From assembly GCA_011526105.1 (NCBI GenBank), contig WYAZ01000031.1:131796-195795 (forward strand): a DNA stretch of 64,000 bases. Direction: 5' to 3'. This stretch comes from Deltaproteobacteria bacterium (GTDB taxonomy: Bacteria; Myxococcota; Kuafuiibacteriia; Kuafuiibacteriales; Kuafuiibacteriaceae). Position 1 is the stretch's first letter. The number at the start of each line of letters is the position of its first letter. Below are positions 28,512 to 38,406 of the stretch, in pieces. A program made the translations under genes and the position numbers. The notes below the pieces were generated by a model. The model saw nothing but the letters and a program-made list of their open reading frames with translations, was not told where the DNA came from and did no database searches.

Positions 28512-29297
28512 ATGAAGCAGCTCGCCATCGGCCTCTGCCTTTCCATGAGTGCGCTCTCGAGTGCGCCCGCGTTCGCTCAAGCGCCCGAGGCGCTTGCACT
28601 CGAACTCGTTCGCCTCCGAGGTGAGGTTGATGCTGTCGAGTCGGCGCTCTCGGAGAAGCGAGATGCGCGGAGCGGCCAGATCCGGGCACTCGCCGCGCAG
28701 AAGGCCTCGGTCGAGGCCGAGCTCCGGCGTGAGGAGCTCCGGCTGCGGCAGCTCGAACAGGCCTTGGCCGCGGAGAAGACGCGTGTCGAGGGCGCGGGGC
28801 GCGCCGAGGCCGAGCTTCTCCCGGTCGTACTGGATGCGGCGGAGCGTCTGGAGAAGTCTTTGGACCATGGCGTGCCCTTTCGAGTCGAGGATCGCCGAGC
28901 CGAGCTCGATCGCATCAAGAAAGATTTGAACGAGGGACTGCTCTTGCCCAGCGCCGGGATCACGCGCCTGTGGGCATGGGTGGAAGACGAGCTTCGCCAG
29001 AGCCGAGAGAGCGGCCTACACCAACAAGTCATCCCGATCGACGAGCGAGAGGTGCTCGCAGACGTCGTTCGCGTGGGCATGGTCGCGCTCTACTTCCGCA
29101 CCCCGGAGGGTCGGTTCGGGCTCGCACGCAAACTGGCGACCGGAGGCTATCGATACGAGGAACTTCCGGACGAGACCTCCTCGAAGCAGGTCGCCAAGCT
29201 CTTCGAGTCGATGGAGCGCCGCATTCGTGCCGGCTTCTTCGAGCTGCCCAACCCTGAACCCGGGGTCTCTGGCCGCGCGGCGGAGGCTCGTCGATGA
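28512..29297 (+). CDS. Periplasmic coiled-coil protein, DUF3450-like (TtpB-like) of an accessory TonB system (start re-placed to ATG 28512, MKQLAIGLCLSMSALSSAPAFAQ)
   Basis: Signal peptide, long heptad coiled coil, conserved C-terminal block; first gene of exbB/exbD/tonB cluster with 4-bp overlaps. Confidence 0.55.
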   Translation: MKQLAIGLCLSMSALSSAPAFAQAPEALALELVRLRGEVDAVESALSEKRDARSGQIRALAAQKASVEAELRREELRLRQLEQALAAEKTRVEGAGRAEAELLPVVLDAAERLEKSLDHGVPFRVEDRRAELDRIKKDLNEGLLLPSAGITRLWAWVEDELRQSRESGLHQQVIPIDEREVLADVVRVGMVALYFRTPEGRFGLARKLATGGYRYEELPDETSSKQVAKLFESMERRIRAGFFELPNPEPGVSGRAAEARR

Positions 29298-30694
29298 GAC
29301 GGCTCTTGATCAGCACCGCGCTCCTTTCGGCGAGTGCTACGTCCGCTCTGGCGGAACCCAGCGCGCTCGAGAAAGCCTACGCCAAGGAGCTCGCCTACTT
29401 GAAGGCCGAGAAGGCCGCACTCGAGGCGCGCCTCGCCGCAACAGATCTCTCGACCTTGAAGGCTGAGAAGCAGCTCGAGTCGGAGCTCCGCGCTGCCGAA
29501 GACCGCTTGCTGCTCGCGCGCCGACGCGCGGAGGAGATCGAAGGACGTCTCCGCGGGCTCGAGCGACAGTCGGATGGCGAAGAGCGCTCGAGCTTCGTGC
29601 GGGAGTCGGTCGCGCGTGCGGAAGAGACCCTCGGTGGTTATGGTGTCTCCGCGTCGAGTGACCCCGAGGCTCTGCTTCCGGATGCCGTGCGTTCGGTCTT
29701 CGTAAGCGCCTCGAGGGCGATCGAAGAGGGCGCGCAGCTCCGACGTGGGCCGGGCACCTTCTTTCTCGCGGACGGACGTCAAGTCGAAGGCCAGCTCGTT
29801 CATTGGGGTCGGGTCGCGGCCTTTGGTGACAGCCCGGAAGGCGCCGGAATACTCGTTCCGGCGGGCGGCGGGCGCCTTCGCGTATGGGACGAACCGGCAG
29901 CGGCGGTCGCGGTGGCCCTGGCCCGAGGCAGCGCGCCCGCGGTGCTTCGTACCTTCCTCTTCGAGGCGACCGACGTCGCGGTGAAGAAGCGCGAGGCCAA
30001 GACGGTCGCCAAGGAACTCGCGCTGGGTGGTTCCATCGCTTACGTCATCGCGGCGCTCGGCCTTTTGGCGCTCCTGATGGTCATGCTTCGTTCGGTCCGT
30101 CTCCTCGCCGAGGAGGCGCGCGTCGGAAACCTGGTCGATGAGGTGGTGGTCTTGGTGACCGAGGGCCGGCTGAGCCAAGCGCGCGAGCGAGTGGCTGCTG
30201 CCGGCGGCACCATGGCCCGCGTTCTCCAGTCCACGCTCGACGCCCTCGCGGGTCCCCGGGCCCAACGCGATGACGTGGTGCACGAAGCGATGCTTCGCGA
30301 GATTCCCGGGGTCGAGCGCTTCAGCAGCGCGATCTTGGTGTTCGCGGCGGTGGCGCCGCTGCTCGGTTTGCTCGGCACGGTCACAGGCATGATCTCGACC
30401 TTCGACGTGATCACCGAGTTCGGCACCGGCGACCCGCGTATGCTCTCCGGCGGAATCTCAGAGGCCTTGATCACCACGAAGCTCGGACTCGTAGTCGCGA
30501 TTCCCGCGCTGCTCGCCGGCACCTTGCTCAATGGTCGCGCCGACGCACTCCTGGCTTCGATCCAACACGGAACCCTGCGTGTGCTCAATGCGGCGGATCG
30601 CGACAAGGAACGTGCTACGCCGAACACTGCGCTCGAGACGAGCACCGCCGAGAGCGCACTCGCCTTCGGGGCGCCGGTCACGGGGTCATCGTGA
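29294..30694 (+). CDS. MotA/TolQ/ExbB-family proton-channel protein with large N-terminal periplasmic domain (TtpC-like)
   Basis: 466 aa; signal peptide, ~230-aa coiled-coil periplasmic region, then 3 TM with ...PLLGLLGTVTGMISTFDVIT... ExbB signature. Confidence 0.7.
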   Translation: MRRLLISTALLSASATSALAEPSALEKAYAKELAYLKAEKAALEARLAATDLSTLKAEKQLESELRAAEDRLLLARRRAEEIEGRLRGLERQSDGEERSSFVRESVARAEETLGGYGVSASSDPEALLPDAVRSVFVSASRAIEEGAQLRRGPGTFFLADGRQVEGQLVHWGRVAAFGDSPEGAGILVPAGGGRLRVWDEPAAAVAVALARGSAPAVLRTFLFEATDVAVKKREAKTVAKELALGGSIAYVIAALGLLALLMVMLRSVRLLAEEARVGNLVDEVVVLVTEGRLSQARERVAAAGGTMARVLQSTLDALAGPRAQRDDVVHEAMLREIPGVERFSSAILVFAAVAPLLGLLGTVTGMISTFDVITEFGTGDPRMLSGGISEALITTKLGLVVAIPALLAGTLLNGRADALLASIQHGTLRVLNAADRDKERATPNTALETSTAESALAFGAPVTGSS

Positions 30695-31212
30695 GCATCT
30701 ACCTCGACCAGCTTCTGGGCCTGCTCTCCAAGACCGGCAGCGTCATGCTCCCGCTCATGCTGACCGGCGCGCTCCTCTGGTACGGGCTTGGCTATCGCGC
30801 CGCGGTGCTGCTGTCGTTCGACCGAACACGACTGCAGGAGATGCTCAGCGGGGGCACGAATGCGCGGGTCGAGGAGGCGCTGTTCCCTCACCGGGCGGAC
30901 CTCGCTCGGTTCTCGGTCATGAATGACAGCTTGGTGGGTCTCGCGCCGTTGCTCGGACTGCTGGGGACCGTCACCGGCATGATCGAGACCTTCGACGCCA
31001 TCGGAGACAGCGTTCTCCTCTCCGCCACGGGAGGGGGCATCGCCGGGGGCATCTCCGAAGCGCTCTTCTCGACTCAGGTGGGTCTCATGATCGCGGTGCC
31101 GGGACTGCTGCTCGGGCGGCTGCTCGATCGCAGAAGAGAAGAGCTGGAGATGGAGCTCGACCGCGTGTTGAGCCTGGCCGAAGTCCGACCGGAAGGCGAG
31201 GCCAGCTCGTGA
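30691..31212 (+). CDS. exbB: ExbB/TolQ-family proton channel
   Basis: 173 aa; APLLGLLGTVTGMIETFDAIG signature, 3 TM. Confidence 0.8.
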   Translation: MSIYLDQLLGLLSKTGSVMLPLMLTGALLWYGLGYRAAVLLSFDRTRLQEMLSGGTNARVEEALFPHRADLARFSVMNDSLVGLAPLLGLLGTVTGMIETFDAIGDSVLLSATGGGIAGGISEALFSTQVGLMIAVPGLLLGRLLDRRREELEMELDRVLSLAEVRPEGEASS

Positions 31213-31622
31213 AGCCCCTTCCCAAGAAACACCGGCCCTCCGGAATCGACATGTCGCCGCTCATCGACATGGTCTTCATCCTGCTCATCTTCTTCATGGT
31301 CTCCACAACGTTCGTGAAGGACGCGCAGGTCGAGCTTTCGAGACCGAGCGCAAAGAGTGCCTCCAAGGCCTCGACGAAGTCGCTGCGGGTCAGCGTCGAT
31401 CGACAGGGCGCGGTTTATCTCGACGGGGCGCCCACGCGAGCATGGATGCTTCAGTCCAAGCTGCGGGACGCATTTCGCGGGGGCGCGGAGAAGATGGTGC
31501 TCGTGGTGGCTGACCAAGAAGCCTCGGTGGCAAAGCTCGTGGAAGTCGTGGACCAATGCCGCCTGGCGGGCGCAGTCGACGTGACGGTGGCGACCGAGAA
31601 GGAATACGGAGCCGGGGGCTGA
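31209..31622 (+). CDS. exbD: ExbD/TolR biopolymer transport protein
   Basis: 137 aa; IDMSPLIDMVFILLIFFMVSTTF single TM with conserved Asp, periplasmic domain. Confidence 0.8.
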   Translation: MKPLPKKHRPSGIDMSPLIDMVFILLIFFMVSTTFVKDAQVELSRPSAKSASKASTKSLRVSVDRQGAVYLDGAPTRAWMLQSKLRDAFRGGAEKMVLVVADQEASVAKLVEVVDQCRLAGAVDVTVATEKEYGAGG

Positions 31623-31624
31623 GC

Positions 31625-32263
31625 ATGTTTGGGCAGTGGCAGAGGCATCTCGTCGCCGGGCTCGGCGCGCTCGTGGGCGGGCTGTCTCTCTCGATCTTCA
31701 TGCTGGTGCTCAATCGCCCGGTGGAGCAGGACGCCCGCAAGAACGCCGCGCTCGAGCGCGAGATCGAGATCGTTCGCCCTCCCAAGAAGGAGCGTCCGGT
31801 CGCCGAGCGGAAGACTCCGCCCAAGCCAGAGCGCCGGCCCGTGGCCCCGAGGCCGCAGCTCGCCACCGATCTTTCTGCGCTCGGATCCGGCGTTGCGCTC
31901 TTCGACGCGAGTGCGTTGGTGGGGGTGGGCGAGGCGCTGCTCGAGGATAGCGGCAGCGCCGAGGACATGGTGATGACCGCAGACGCGGTGGACAGCCAGC
32001 CCAAGCCGCTCGGAACCAATCGCTCCCCGGCGCCGCCACCCGAGGCCCAACGCAAGCGAGTGAGCGGTTACGTGACCCTCCGGATGGTCATCGACGAGTC
32101 GGGTCAAGTCCGCGACGCGCGCGTGGTCGAGTCTTCACCCACCGGCTTCTTCGACGCCGCGGTGCTCGAGGTCGCGCCCTCCTGGCGGTTTGAGCCCGCA
32201 ACGTACCGCGGCAAGCCGGTGAGCCTCCGGGTCGATCAGACGATTCGGTTCAACCTCGGGTGA
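31625..32263 (+). CDS. tonB: TonB energy transducer (start re-placed to ATG 31625, MFGQWQRHLVAGLGALVGGL...)
   Basis: N-terminal TM, Pro/Lys-rich spacer (PPKKERPVAERKTPPKPERRPVAPRP), C-terminal TonB_C fold (GYVTLRMVIDESGQVRDARVVESSPTGFFDAAVLEVAPSWRFEPA). Confidence 0.75.
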   Translation: MFGQWQRHLVAGLGALVGGLSLSIFMLVLNRPVEQDARKNAALEREIEIVRPPKKERPVAERKTPPKPERRPVAPRPQLATDLSALGSGVALFDASALVGVGEALLEDSGSAEDMVMTADAVDSQPKPLGTNRSPAPPPEAQRKRVSGYVTLRMVIDESGQVRDARVVESSPTGFFDAAVLEVAPSWRFEPATYRGKPVSLRVDQTIRFNLG

Positions 32264-32266
32264 CGG

Positions 32267-33436
32267 ATGATGAAGCTCTGGCGATACATCGGGTCCTTTC
32301 ATCTTGCGCTGCTCACGGTCGCCGTGGCGCCTCCTGCGGAGGCGGCGCGCGACAAGAAGCAGAAGTCGGTCGAGCGGGTTGTGCTCGCCCGCGTGCTGCT
32401 CCGAGACGGACTCCCAGAACGTGCACTCAGCGTGTTGGAGGCGCCTCCCGAGGAAGGGGAGACAATCGATCTCGGCGAGTTCCACCGCGTGCGTGGTCTC
32501 GCCGCGATGGAACTGCGTAGGTATCCCGAAGCAGTGAGCGCCTTCGAGCGCGCGATGGAGAACGGGGAGCAGACCGCGCCGACCTTCTTTGGACTCGCCA
32601 ACGCGTTGCTCGGCGCCGAGCGATATCCCGAGGCCCTCGCGATTCTGAAAGAGGCCCCGTCCGAGCTCGAGCAGAACCCGGCACGCTACCGGCTCGAGGC
32701 AAACATCCAGTACCGAGCTGGGCACAGGCACCGGGCTTTTGACGCGCTCGACCGCGGGGTCTCACGTTTTCCCGATGACCGAGAGCTGACGCGCCAGAGA
32801 CTCGGACTTCTCCTCGAGCTGGGCCTGTACACCGAGGGCATCGAGTCCGCGCGCGCGCTACTCGTCGAAGGCAAGTCGGCAGAGCAGGACTACCTCGCGC
32901 TCAGCGTGGCACTCCTGAATGCGGGCCAGCACGAACGCGCGCTCGCGCTTCTGGAGGACGGGGTCCTGCGCTGGCCAGGCGCGGTTCAAATGAGAAAGCA
33001 GCTCGCGCGGGCCTATGCGGACGCCGGCTCCCCGCGTTCCGCGGCCGCGGTGCTCATGCCGCTGGCCGGATCCGACGGGGACCTTCCGCTCATGACCGCG
33101 GAGCTGCATCGCAGGGCCGGTCAGATGCGAGAAGCCCTGCGCGCCAACGCGGAGGTGCTCGACCAGACCGCGAAGATGAGGCAGCGCCTCAGCCTGCTGC
33201 TCGAACTCGAACGTTTCGAGGAGGCCTCTCTGCTGGAGACGCGCCTGGAACGGCTCGGACTGCTTCGGGAGGAGCCCATCATCTACGCGCTGGCCTACGC
33301 GAGTCACTACGCTGGCCGCCCCGAACAAGCAGAGCGTCTGCTCACTCGGCTCACCGAACCAGAGTGGTTCGACAAGGGAACCGCCATTCGCCGGGCCATC
33401 GAAACCTGCCGACGAGACCCCACGCTTTGCGACTGA
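32267..33436 (+). CDS. TPR-repeat protein (TtpD-like) with signal peptide
   Basis: 389 aa; signal peptide then ~8 TPR-like helical repeats; immediately follows tonB. Confidence 0.6.
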   Translation: MMKLWRYIGSFHLALLTVAVAPPAEAARDKKQKSVERVVLARVLLRDGLPERALSVLEAPPEEGETIDLGEFHRVRGLAAMELRRYPEAVSAFERAMENGEQTAPTFFGLANALLGAERYPEALAILKEAPSELEQNPARYRLEANIQYRAGHRHRAFDALDRGVSRFPDDRELTRQRLGLLLELGLYTEGIESARALLVEGKSAEQDYLALSVALLNAGQHERALALLEDGVLRWPGAVQMRKQLARAYADAGSPRSAAAVLMPLAGSDGDLPLMTAELHRRAGQMREALRANAEVLDQTAKMRQRLSLLLELERFEEASLLETRLERLGLLREEPIIYALAYASHYAGRPEQAERLLTRLTEPEWFDKGTAIRRAIETCRRDPTLCD

Positions 33437-36400
33437 CGTCCGCGAGCGTGGTCCTGGCGCTCCTCCTTCCCGGACCCTTGATGGCCGAAGCCTCCGAACT
33501 CGAGGGCCGCTTCGTGGCGCTCGTGCTCGATGGAGCCGGGAGGGGGGTGCATCGGGCGAGCATCCTCGTGGATGGACGCAGAGTGGGTGAGACCGACGAG
33601 GAGGGCCTCTTTGGCGGCCACCTGCTCCCGGGTGAACATCAGCTTCGCGTCGAGCACGAAGTGGGGACGGCCACCACGACCTTTCGTCTGGTCGCGGGTC
33701 GCGAGACCGAGATCGTCGTCATGCTCGGGCGCAGTCCACCCTTCATTGATGTGGATGCCCCTGAGGTTCAGACCTCGACCACTCAGGCGGTGGTGACCTC
33801 GACGCGGACGCGCAGCTTGAATGGTCGGGTGACGAGTCGGGAGAGTGGCGAGCCGGTGCTCGACGCGCGTGTTTTTGTTCGTGGCTCGGCTTCATCGGCC
33901 CGCACCGATGCCGCCGGTCGTTTCGTCGTGACGATGCCGGAGTCCACCGTCGACATTGTCGTCATTCACGCCCAGTTCGCGAGCACGTCGGTGACGGTGG
34001 GGCCCGTTCAGACAGACCTGGAGGTGTCGCTCGAACCACAAGTGGTGGCGCTCGGGGACATGCTGGTCACCATCCCCAAGCCGGATCTTGGGGGTCTCGC
34101 TCAGCAGCTCTCGGAACGCCGCGACTCGGCCTCGGTCACTGACGGGGTCGGGCTCGAGGAGATGAGGAAGACCGCCGACAGCACCGCGAGCACCGCCACG
34201 AGACGCATCGTGGGCGCGAGTGTGGTCGGCGGCGCCTATCTGAATGTTCGTGGGCTCGGGGGTCGGTACACCAACGTGCGTTTGAACGGGGTGGCGTTGC
34301 CGAGCACGGACCCCGACCTGCCTGGCTTTCAGATTGACCTCTTCCCCGTCAGCCTGCTGACCGGTCTCATCGTCACCAAGACCTTCACCCCCGACATCCC
34401 CGGCGACTTCGCGGGTGGTTCGATGAACGTCATCACCCGCGACTATCCAGAGCGATTCATGCTCAACCTCAGTTTGAGCCTGTCGTTCAGGCACGACACG
34501 ATCTTCAGGGACACGCTGAGCTACGACGGCGGGGCCTTCGATTTTTTGGGCTTCGATGACGGCTCTCGATCGCTGCCGGATGCGGTGCCCGACGACCAGA
34601 AGCTCACGGCGGGCCGAACCGGTTTGCCGCGGGCGACGGTCAATGAGATCGCACGGAGCTTCACTCCGGTGTGGGCCCTCGACCGCGGCCCCGCGATGCC
34701 GGACCTCTCCATCGCGGCGAGCGCAGGAGACTCGAGCCCAGTGGGGCAAGACGGTCGTCTCGGCTACCTCGTCACGCTCGCGTATCGGCGCACCACGCAA
34801 AACAACGTGGACCTCGTGACCAACGTCAAGACCGAAGGCGAGGGCGATGAACGCCGGGTGGTTCCGCGGGAGCAGCTCGACCGAGAGACCGGCACCCGCC
34901 AAGGCCAGCTCGGCGCCTTGGGCACCCTGAGCTACCGACTGAACGCCTACGATCAGCTGCGTCTGGCCACGCTCTTTACCTCCACCGCGGATGATGAAGC
35001 GGCGCGCACCAGCGGCCTCTCGGAAGAGGAGGGCACCGCCATCGATCGAAGTCAGATGACCTTTGTGGAGCGGCGTTTGCTGTTTAATCAGCTCCTGGGT
35101 CGGCACGAAGACATCGTCGGCGAGTTGGATCTGGACTGGCAAATCAACGCTTCGATCGTCGCCCGGAACCAACCCGACACCCGAAACCTCCTCTACATCC
35201 AGGGGCCGGAAGGTTTTGTGTATCGAAACGTGACCGGCAGCGGCGAGCGCCTCTACACCGAGCTCGGTCAGAACGACTTCGGCGCCGGGTTCGATCTCAC
35301 GCACCCGGTCTTTGAAGAGGGCAAGCTGAAGGGGGGCTTTCTCGGGCGGATCTCGAGCCGCGGCTTTCAGGCTCGGCGCTTCGGGACGCGCTTCGTGGCC
35401 GACGACCCCGACGTGCGGCTCTTGGCGCCGAACGAACTCTTCGCGCCCGACAGCTATGGTCCGATCCTCGAAATGGAAGAAGTGACCCGTCCGGACGATG
35501 GCTACGACGCCTTCGAGCTGCTCTCCGCCTGGTACGCGATGCTCGATGCACCACTCGTCGGTCCGCTTCGACTCGTGGGGGGCGCGCGCGTCGAACTCTT
35601 CCGCCAAGAGATCGAGTCGAAGGCCCCGTTTCCCGTGACCGAAACCAAGGCGGGGGAGCGGACGGACCTCGACGTGCTTCCGAGCGCGGGGCTCGTGTAT
35701 CGGCTCAGCGAGGAGATGGCGGTGCGCGCTTCCTACGGAGGTACGGTCGCGCGGCCCTTGGTTCGTGAGCTCGCACCATTTCTGAATCAAGACTTCATCC
35801 GGCGGCGCAACATCCAGGGCAATCCGGACGTGGGGCGCACGTACGTGCACAACTTCGATCTGCGATGGGAGCTCTTTCCGAGCGACACCGAGGTGCTCGC
35901 GGTCTCCGGCTTCTACAAGCTCTTTGAAGCCCCGATCGAGTCGGTGGTCCTCGATTTCCGCGGCAACATCACCTACGCGAACATTGAGCGAGCCGAGAAC
36001 TTTGGGGCGGAGCTCGAGGCGCGGCTCGGACTCGGGCGACTCTCGAGCGCGCTCAGCGAGTTCTCTTTCCTCGCGAACTTTGCGCTCATCCACTCTCGCG
36101 TCAGCCTTTCCCCCGAGGATCAACGCCTGGCGACCTCCGCGGAGCGTCCGCTCGCCGGGCAGTCGCCGTTTGTAGCCAATCTGTCACTCGCATATGCGCC
36201 AGATGGCACCGGGCTCTCGTTCAATCTGTTCTACAACGTCTTTGGCCGACGGATTCAAGACGTGGGTCGATTGGGTTTGCCGGATGTTTACGAGGAGCCG
36301 TTTCACTCTCTGGACGCAACCGCCTTCTGGCAGTTCGCCGAAGGTTGGACCGCGAGCGTCTACGCGCGGAACCTGCTCAATCAGGCGCAACGGTTCGACC

Positions 36401-36471
36401 AAGGTGGCTTCCCGTTTTTGCGCTCCGAGCAAGGGGTCACCGCGGGCGCTCGGCTCGCTTGGGAGATGTGA
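33364..36471 (+). CDS. TonB-dependent outer-membrane receptor, Oar-like (N-terminal carboxypeptidase-regulatory-like domains + plug + 22-strand barrel); start ambiguous (ATG 33364, TTG 33427 or GTG 33445)
   Basis: Two CarbopepD_reg-like beta-sandwich segments, plug motif NVRGLGGRYTNVRLNGVALPS, long barrel with C-terminal aromatic-rich strand. Confidence 0.8.
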   Translation: MVRQGNRHSPGHRNLPTRPHALRLTSASVVLALLLPGPLMAEASELEGRFVALVLDGAGRGVHRASILVDGRRVGETDEEGLFGGHLLPGEHQLRVEHEVGTATTTFRLVAGRETEIVVMLGRSPPFIDVDAPEVQTSTTQAVVTSTRTRSLNGRVTSRESGEPVLDARVFVRGSASSARTDAAGRFVVTMPESTVDIVVIHAQFASTSVTVGPVQTDLEVSLEPQVVALGDMLVTIPKPDLGGLAQQLSERRDSASVTDGVGLEEMRKTADSTASTATRRIVGASVVGGAYLNVRGLGGRYTNVRLNGVALPSTDPDLPGFQIDLFPVSLLTGLIVTKTFTPDIPGDFAGGSMNVITRDYPERFMLNLSLSLSFRHDTIFRDTLSYDGGAFDFLGFDDGSRSLPDAVPDDQKLTAGRTGLPRATVNEIARSFTPVWALDRGPAMPDLSIAASAGDSSPVGQDGRLGYLVTLAYRRTTQNNVDLVTNVKTEGEGDERRVVPREQLDRETGTRQGQLGALGTLSYRLNAYDQLRLATLFTSTADDEAARTSGLSEEEGTAIDRSQMTFVERRLLFNQLLGRHEDIVGELDLDWQINASIVARNQPDTRNLLYIQGPEGFVYRNVTGSGERLYTELGQNDFGAGFDLTHPVFEEGKLKGGFLGRISSRGFQARRFGTRFVADDPDVRLLAPNELFAPDSYGPILEMEEVTRPDDGYDAFELLSAWYAMLDAPLVGPLRLVGGARVELFRQEIESKAPFPVTETKAGERTDLDVLPSAGLVYRLSEEMAVRASYGGTVARPLVRELAPFLNQDFIRRRNIQGNPDVGRTYVHNFDLRWELFPSDTEVLAVSGFYKLFEAPIESVVLDFRGNITYANIERAENFGAELEARLGLGRLSSALSEFSFLANFALIHSRVSLSPEDQRLATSAERPLAGQSPFVANLSLAYAPDGTGLSFNLFYNVFGRRIQDVGRLGLPDVYEEPFHSLDATAFWQFAEGWTASVYARNLLNQAQRFDQGGFPFLRSEQGVTAGARLAWEM

Positions 36472-36504
36472 CCGCTCCATTCACGATCAACAGAAGGAAG
36501 TCAG

Positions 36505-37830
36505 ATGATGCGTATCGAGCACACCATGGTTCTTGGGTTGTCGGCCGCGCTGCTTGTGGCGTGCGGCGATGACACCCCGAGTGGCAACCCAGACGCGGGC
36601 GGAAACGGGGGCGTCGTGGAGCTTTCGGGAGAGATCACCGCGGACACGATCCTTACGAAGGACAAAGAGTACTACCTCACCGCGCTGACGTACGTGGTGT
36701 CGCCGGCGACGCTCACCGTCGAGGCGGGCACGGTGCTGAGAGGTGATCCGGGTTCCGCGCTGGTCGTCACCCGAGGCGCGCGACTCGTGACGAGCGGAAC
36801 AGAGAGCGAGCCGGTGATCTTTACGAGCTCGAGTGAGGTCGGCGAACGACGTTCCGGCGATTGGGGTGGCATCGTCCTTCTCGGGGCCGCGCCCATCAAC
36901 GTCACCGGGGGAAAGAACCAGGTCGAGGGCATCGACCCCAACGAGAACCGCGCGAGCTACGGGGGCTCGGACGACACCCACGACTGCGGATCACTTCGGT
37001 ACACCCGCATTGAGTTTGCCGGCTTTGAGCTCTCCACCGACAACGAGCTCAACGGTCTGACCGTCGCCGGCTGCGGAAGCCAGACGAAGCTCGAGTACGT
37101 GCAGGTGCACAAGGGCAAGGACGACGGCATCGAGTTCTTCGGCGGCTCTCCGACCGCGAGGTACATCGTGGTCACCAGCGCCGAGGACGACTCCATCGAC
37201 TGGGACTTCGGCTTCCGCGGACGCATGCAGTTTGTGCTCATCCAGCAGAACCCAGCGGACGCCGACTCCGCGTTCGAGGCGGACAACCAGCAGGACAACA
37301 ACGACGCCAGCCCGCGGTCCAAACCCACGATCTACAACGCGACCTTGCTCGGCCCGCGCGGAACGAGTGGCACGCAGCACGGCATGGTGCTCCGTCGCGG
37401 CACCTGGGGCATCCTGAAGAACTTGATCGTGACCGGCTATCCGAAGGCCGCGGTTGATCTTCGTGATACCGCCACCGTGAACGGCCTCACGATGAGTCCG
37501 GCGGAGCTGCTCATCGAGAACAGCATCTTCTTCGATAGCGTGATTCACTTCGACGACGACGCGGATAAAGACGATGACGGCGCCTTCGACGAGGCGGCCG
37601 CGCTCTCGGACGCTGCCCGCAACAACCGCATCGACGTGGACCCCGGGCTCCCGGATGCGTTCAACCTCACGCGGCCTCGCGCGGTGCCCCCGGCGAGCAG
37701 CCCGGCCGCGAGCGGAGGGGCGAGCCCGCCGAGCGACGGCTTCTTCGACATGAGCGCGACCCATATCGGCGCGTTCGCGCCTGGCGGAGCAGACTGGACC
37801 GAGGGCTGGACCGCTTTTCCGGCGAGCTGA
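36505..37830 (+). CDS. Lipoprotein, hypothetical (possible beta-helical fold)
   Basis: Lipobox MMRIEHTMVLGLSAALLVACG; Gly/Thr-rich repetitive strands; no family recognised; directly downstream of TBDR. Confidence 0.5.
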   Translation: MMRIEHTMVLGLSAALLVACGDDTPSGNPDAGGNGGVVELSGEITADTILTKDKEYYLTALTYVVSPATLTVEAGTVLRGDPGSALVVTRGARLVTSGTESEPVIFTSSSEVGERRSGDWGGIVLLGAAPINVTGGKNQVEGIDPNENRASYGGSDDTHDCGSLRYTRIEFAGFELSTDNELNGLTVAGCGSQTKLEYVQVHKGKDDGIEFFGGSPTARYIVVTSAEDDSIDWDFGFRGRMQFVLIQQNPADADSAFEADNQQDNNDASPRSKPTIYNATLLGPRGTSGTQHGMVLRRGTWGILKNLIVTGYPKAAVDLRDTATVNGLTMSPAELLIENSIFFDSVIHFDDDADKDDDGAFDEAAALSDAARNNRIDVDPGLPDAFNLTRPRAVPPASSPAASGGASPPSDGFFDMSATHIGAFAPGGADWTEGWTAFPAS

Positions 37831-37912
37831 ACCGAGGAGAGACGAGACCGAGTCGCATCTGGGCTCTGTCCTGCTGGTTGCAATTGCGAAGCGTTCTCAA
37901 TATCCTTCGCTC

Positions 37913-38401
37913 ATGGACGCTTTCCTCATCCCCCTTCGCTGGGTGCACGTCATCGCCGGGTCCACTTGGTTCGGCGAGGTCGTGGTGATCAACTTCATCC
38001 TGATCCCCGTGCTCGGAACACTCGGGGTCGAGGAGCGACGCCGATTCCTGACCACCGTCTTTCCGCGCATCTTCAGGATGGCCTCTGTGCTCTCCGCGAC
38101 CGCAGTGATCAGCGGCCTCGCGCTCCTGACCTTGGTGACGAAGGGTGACTTCAGCTTGCTCTTCACCGGGCGATGGGGCCTCGCCATCCTGCTCGGCGGC
38201 ACGCTCGGCACGCTGCTGACGGTGTTTCACTTCTTCATGGAGAACCGACTCGCGCGCCGCATCGGTGTGGGCTGCGAGTACGTCCCCTCCGACGAGCAGC
38301 TCGCGGACGTGCACACGAAGCTCAAGGTCGTGCCCCGCGGGGGCATGCTGGTGATCTCGACGATCTTCTTCTCGATGATGTTCGCGGTGCGCGGGATCTG
38401 A
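37913..38401 (+). CDS. Integral membrane protein (4 TM), hypothetical
   Basis: 162 aa, four hydrophobic helices. Confidence 0.45.
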   Translation: MDAFLIPLRWVHVIAGSTWFGEVVVINFILIPVLGTLGVEERRRFLTTVFPRIFRMASVLSATAVISGLALLTLVTKGDFSLLFTGRWGLAILLGGTLGTLLTVFHFFMENRLARRIGVGCEYVPSDEQLADVHTKLKVVPRGGMLVISTIFFSMMFAVRGI

Positions 38402-38406
38402 GGTGC

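Noticed and set aside
33892-36123. 743-aa ORF on minus strand
   Set aside because: Antisense to the TonB-dependent receptor gene; product is Arg/Gly/His-rich with no domain features. It is a typical high-GC shadow ORF.
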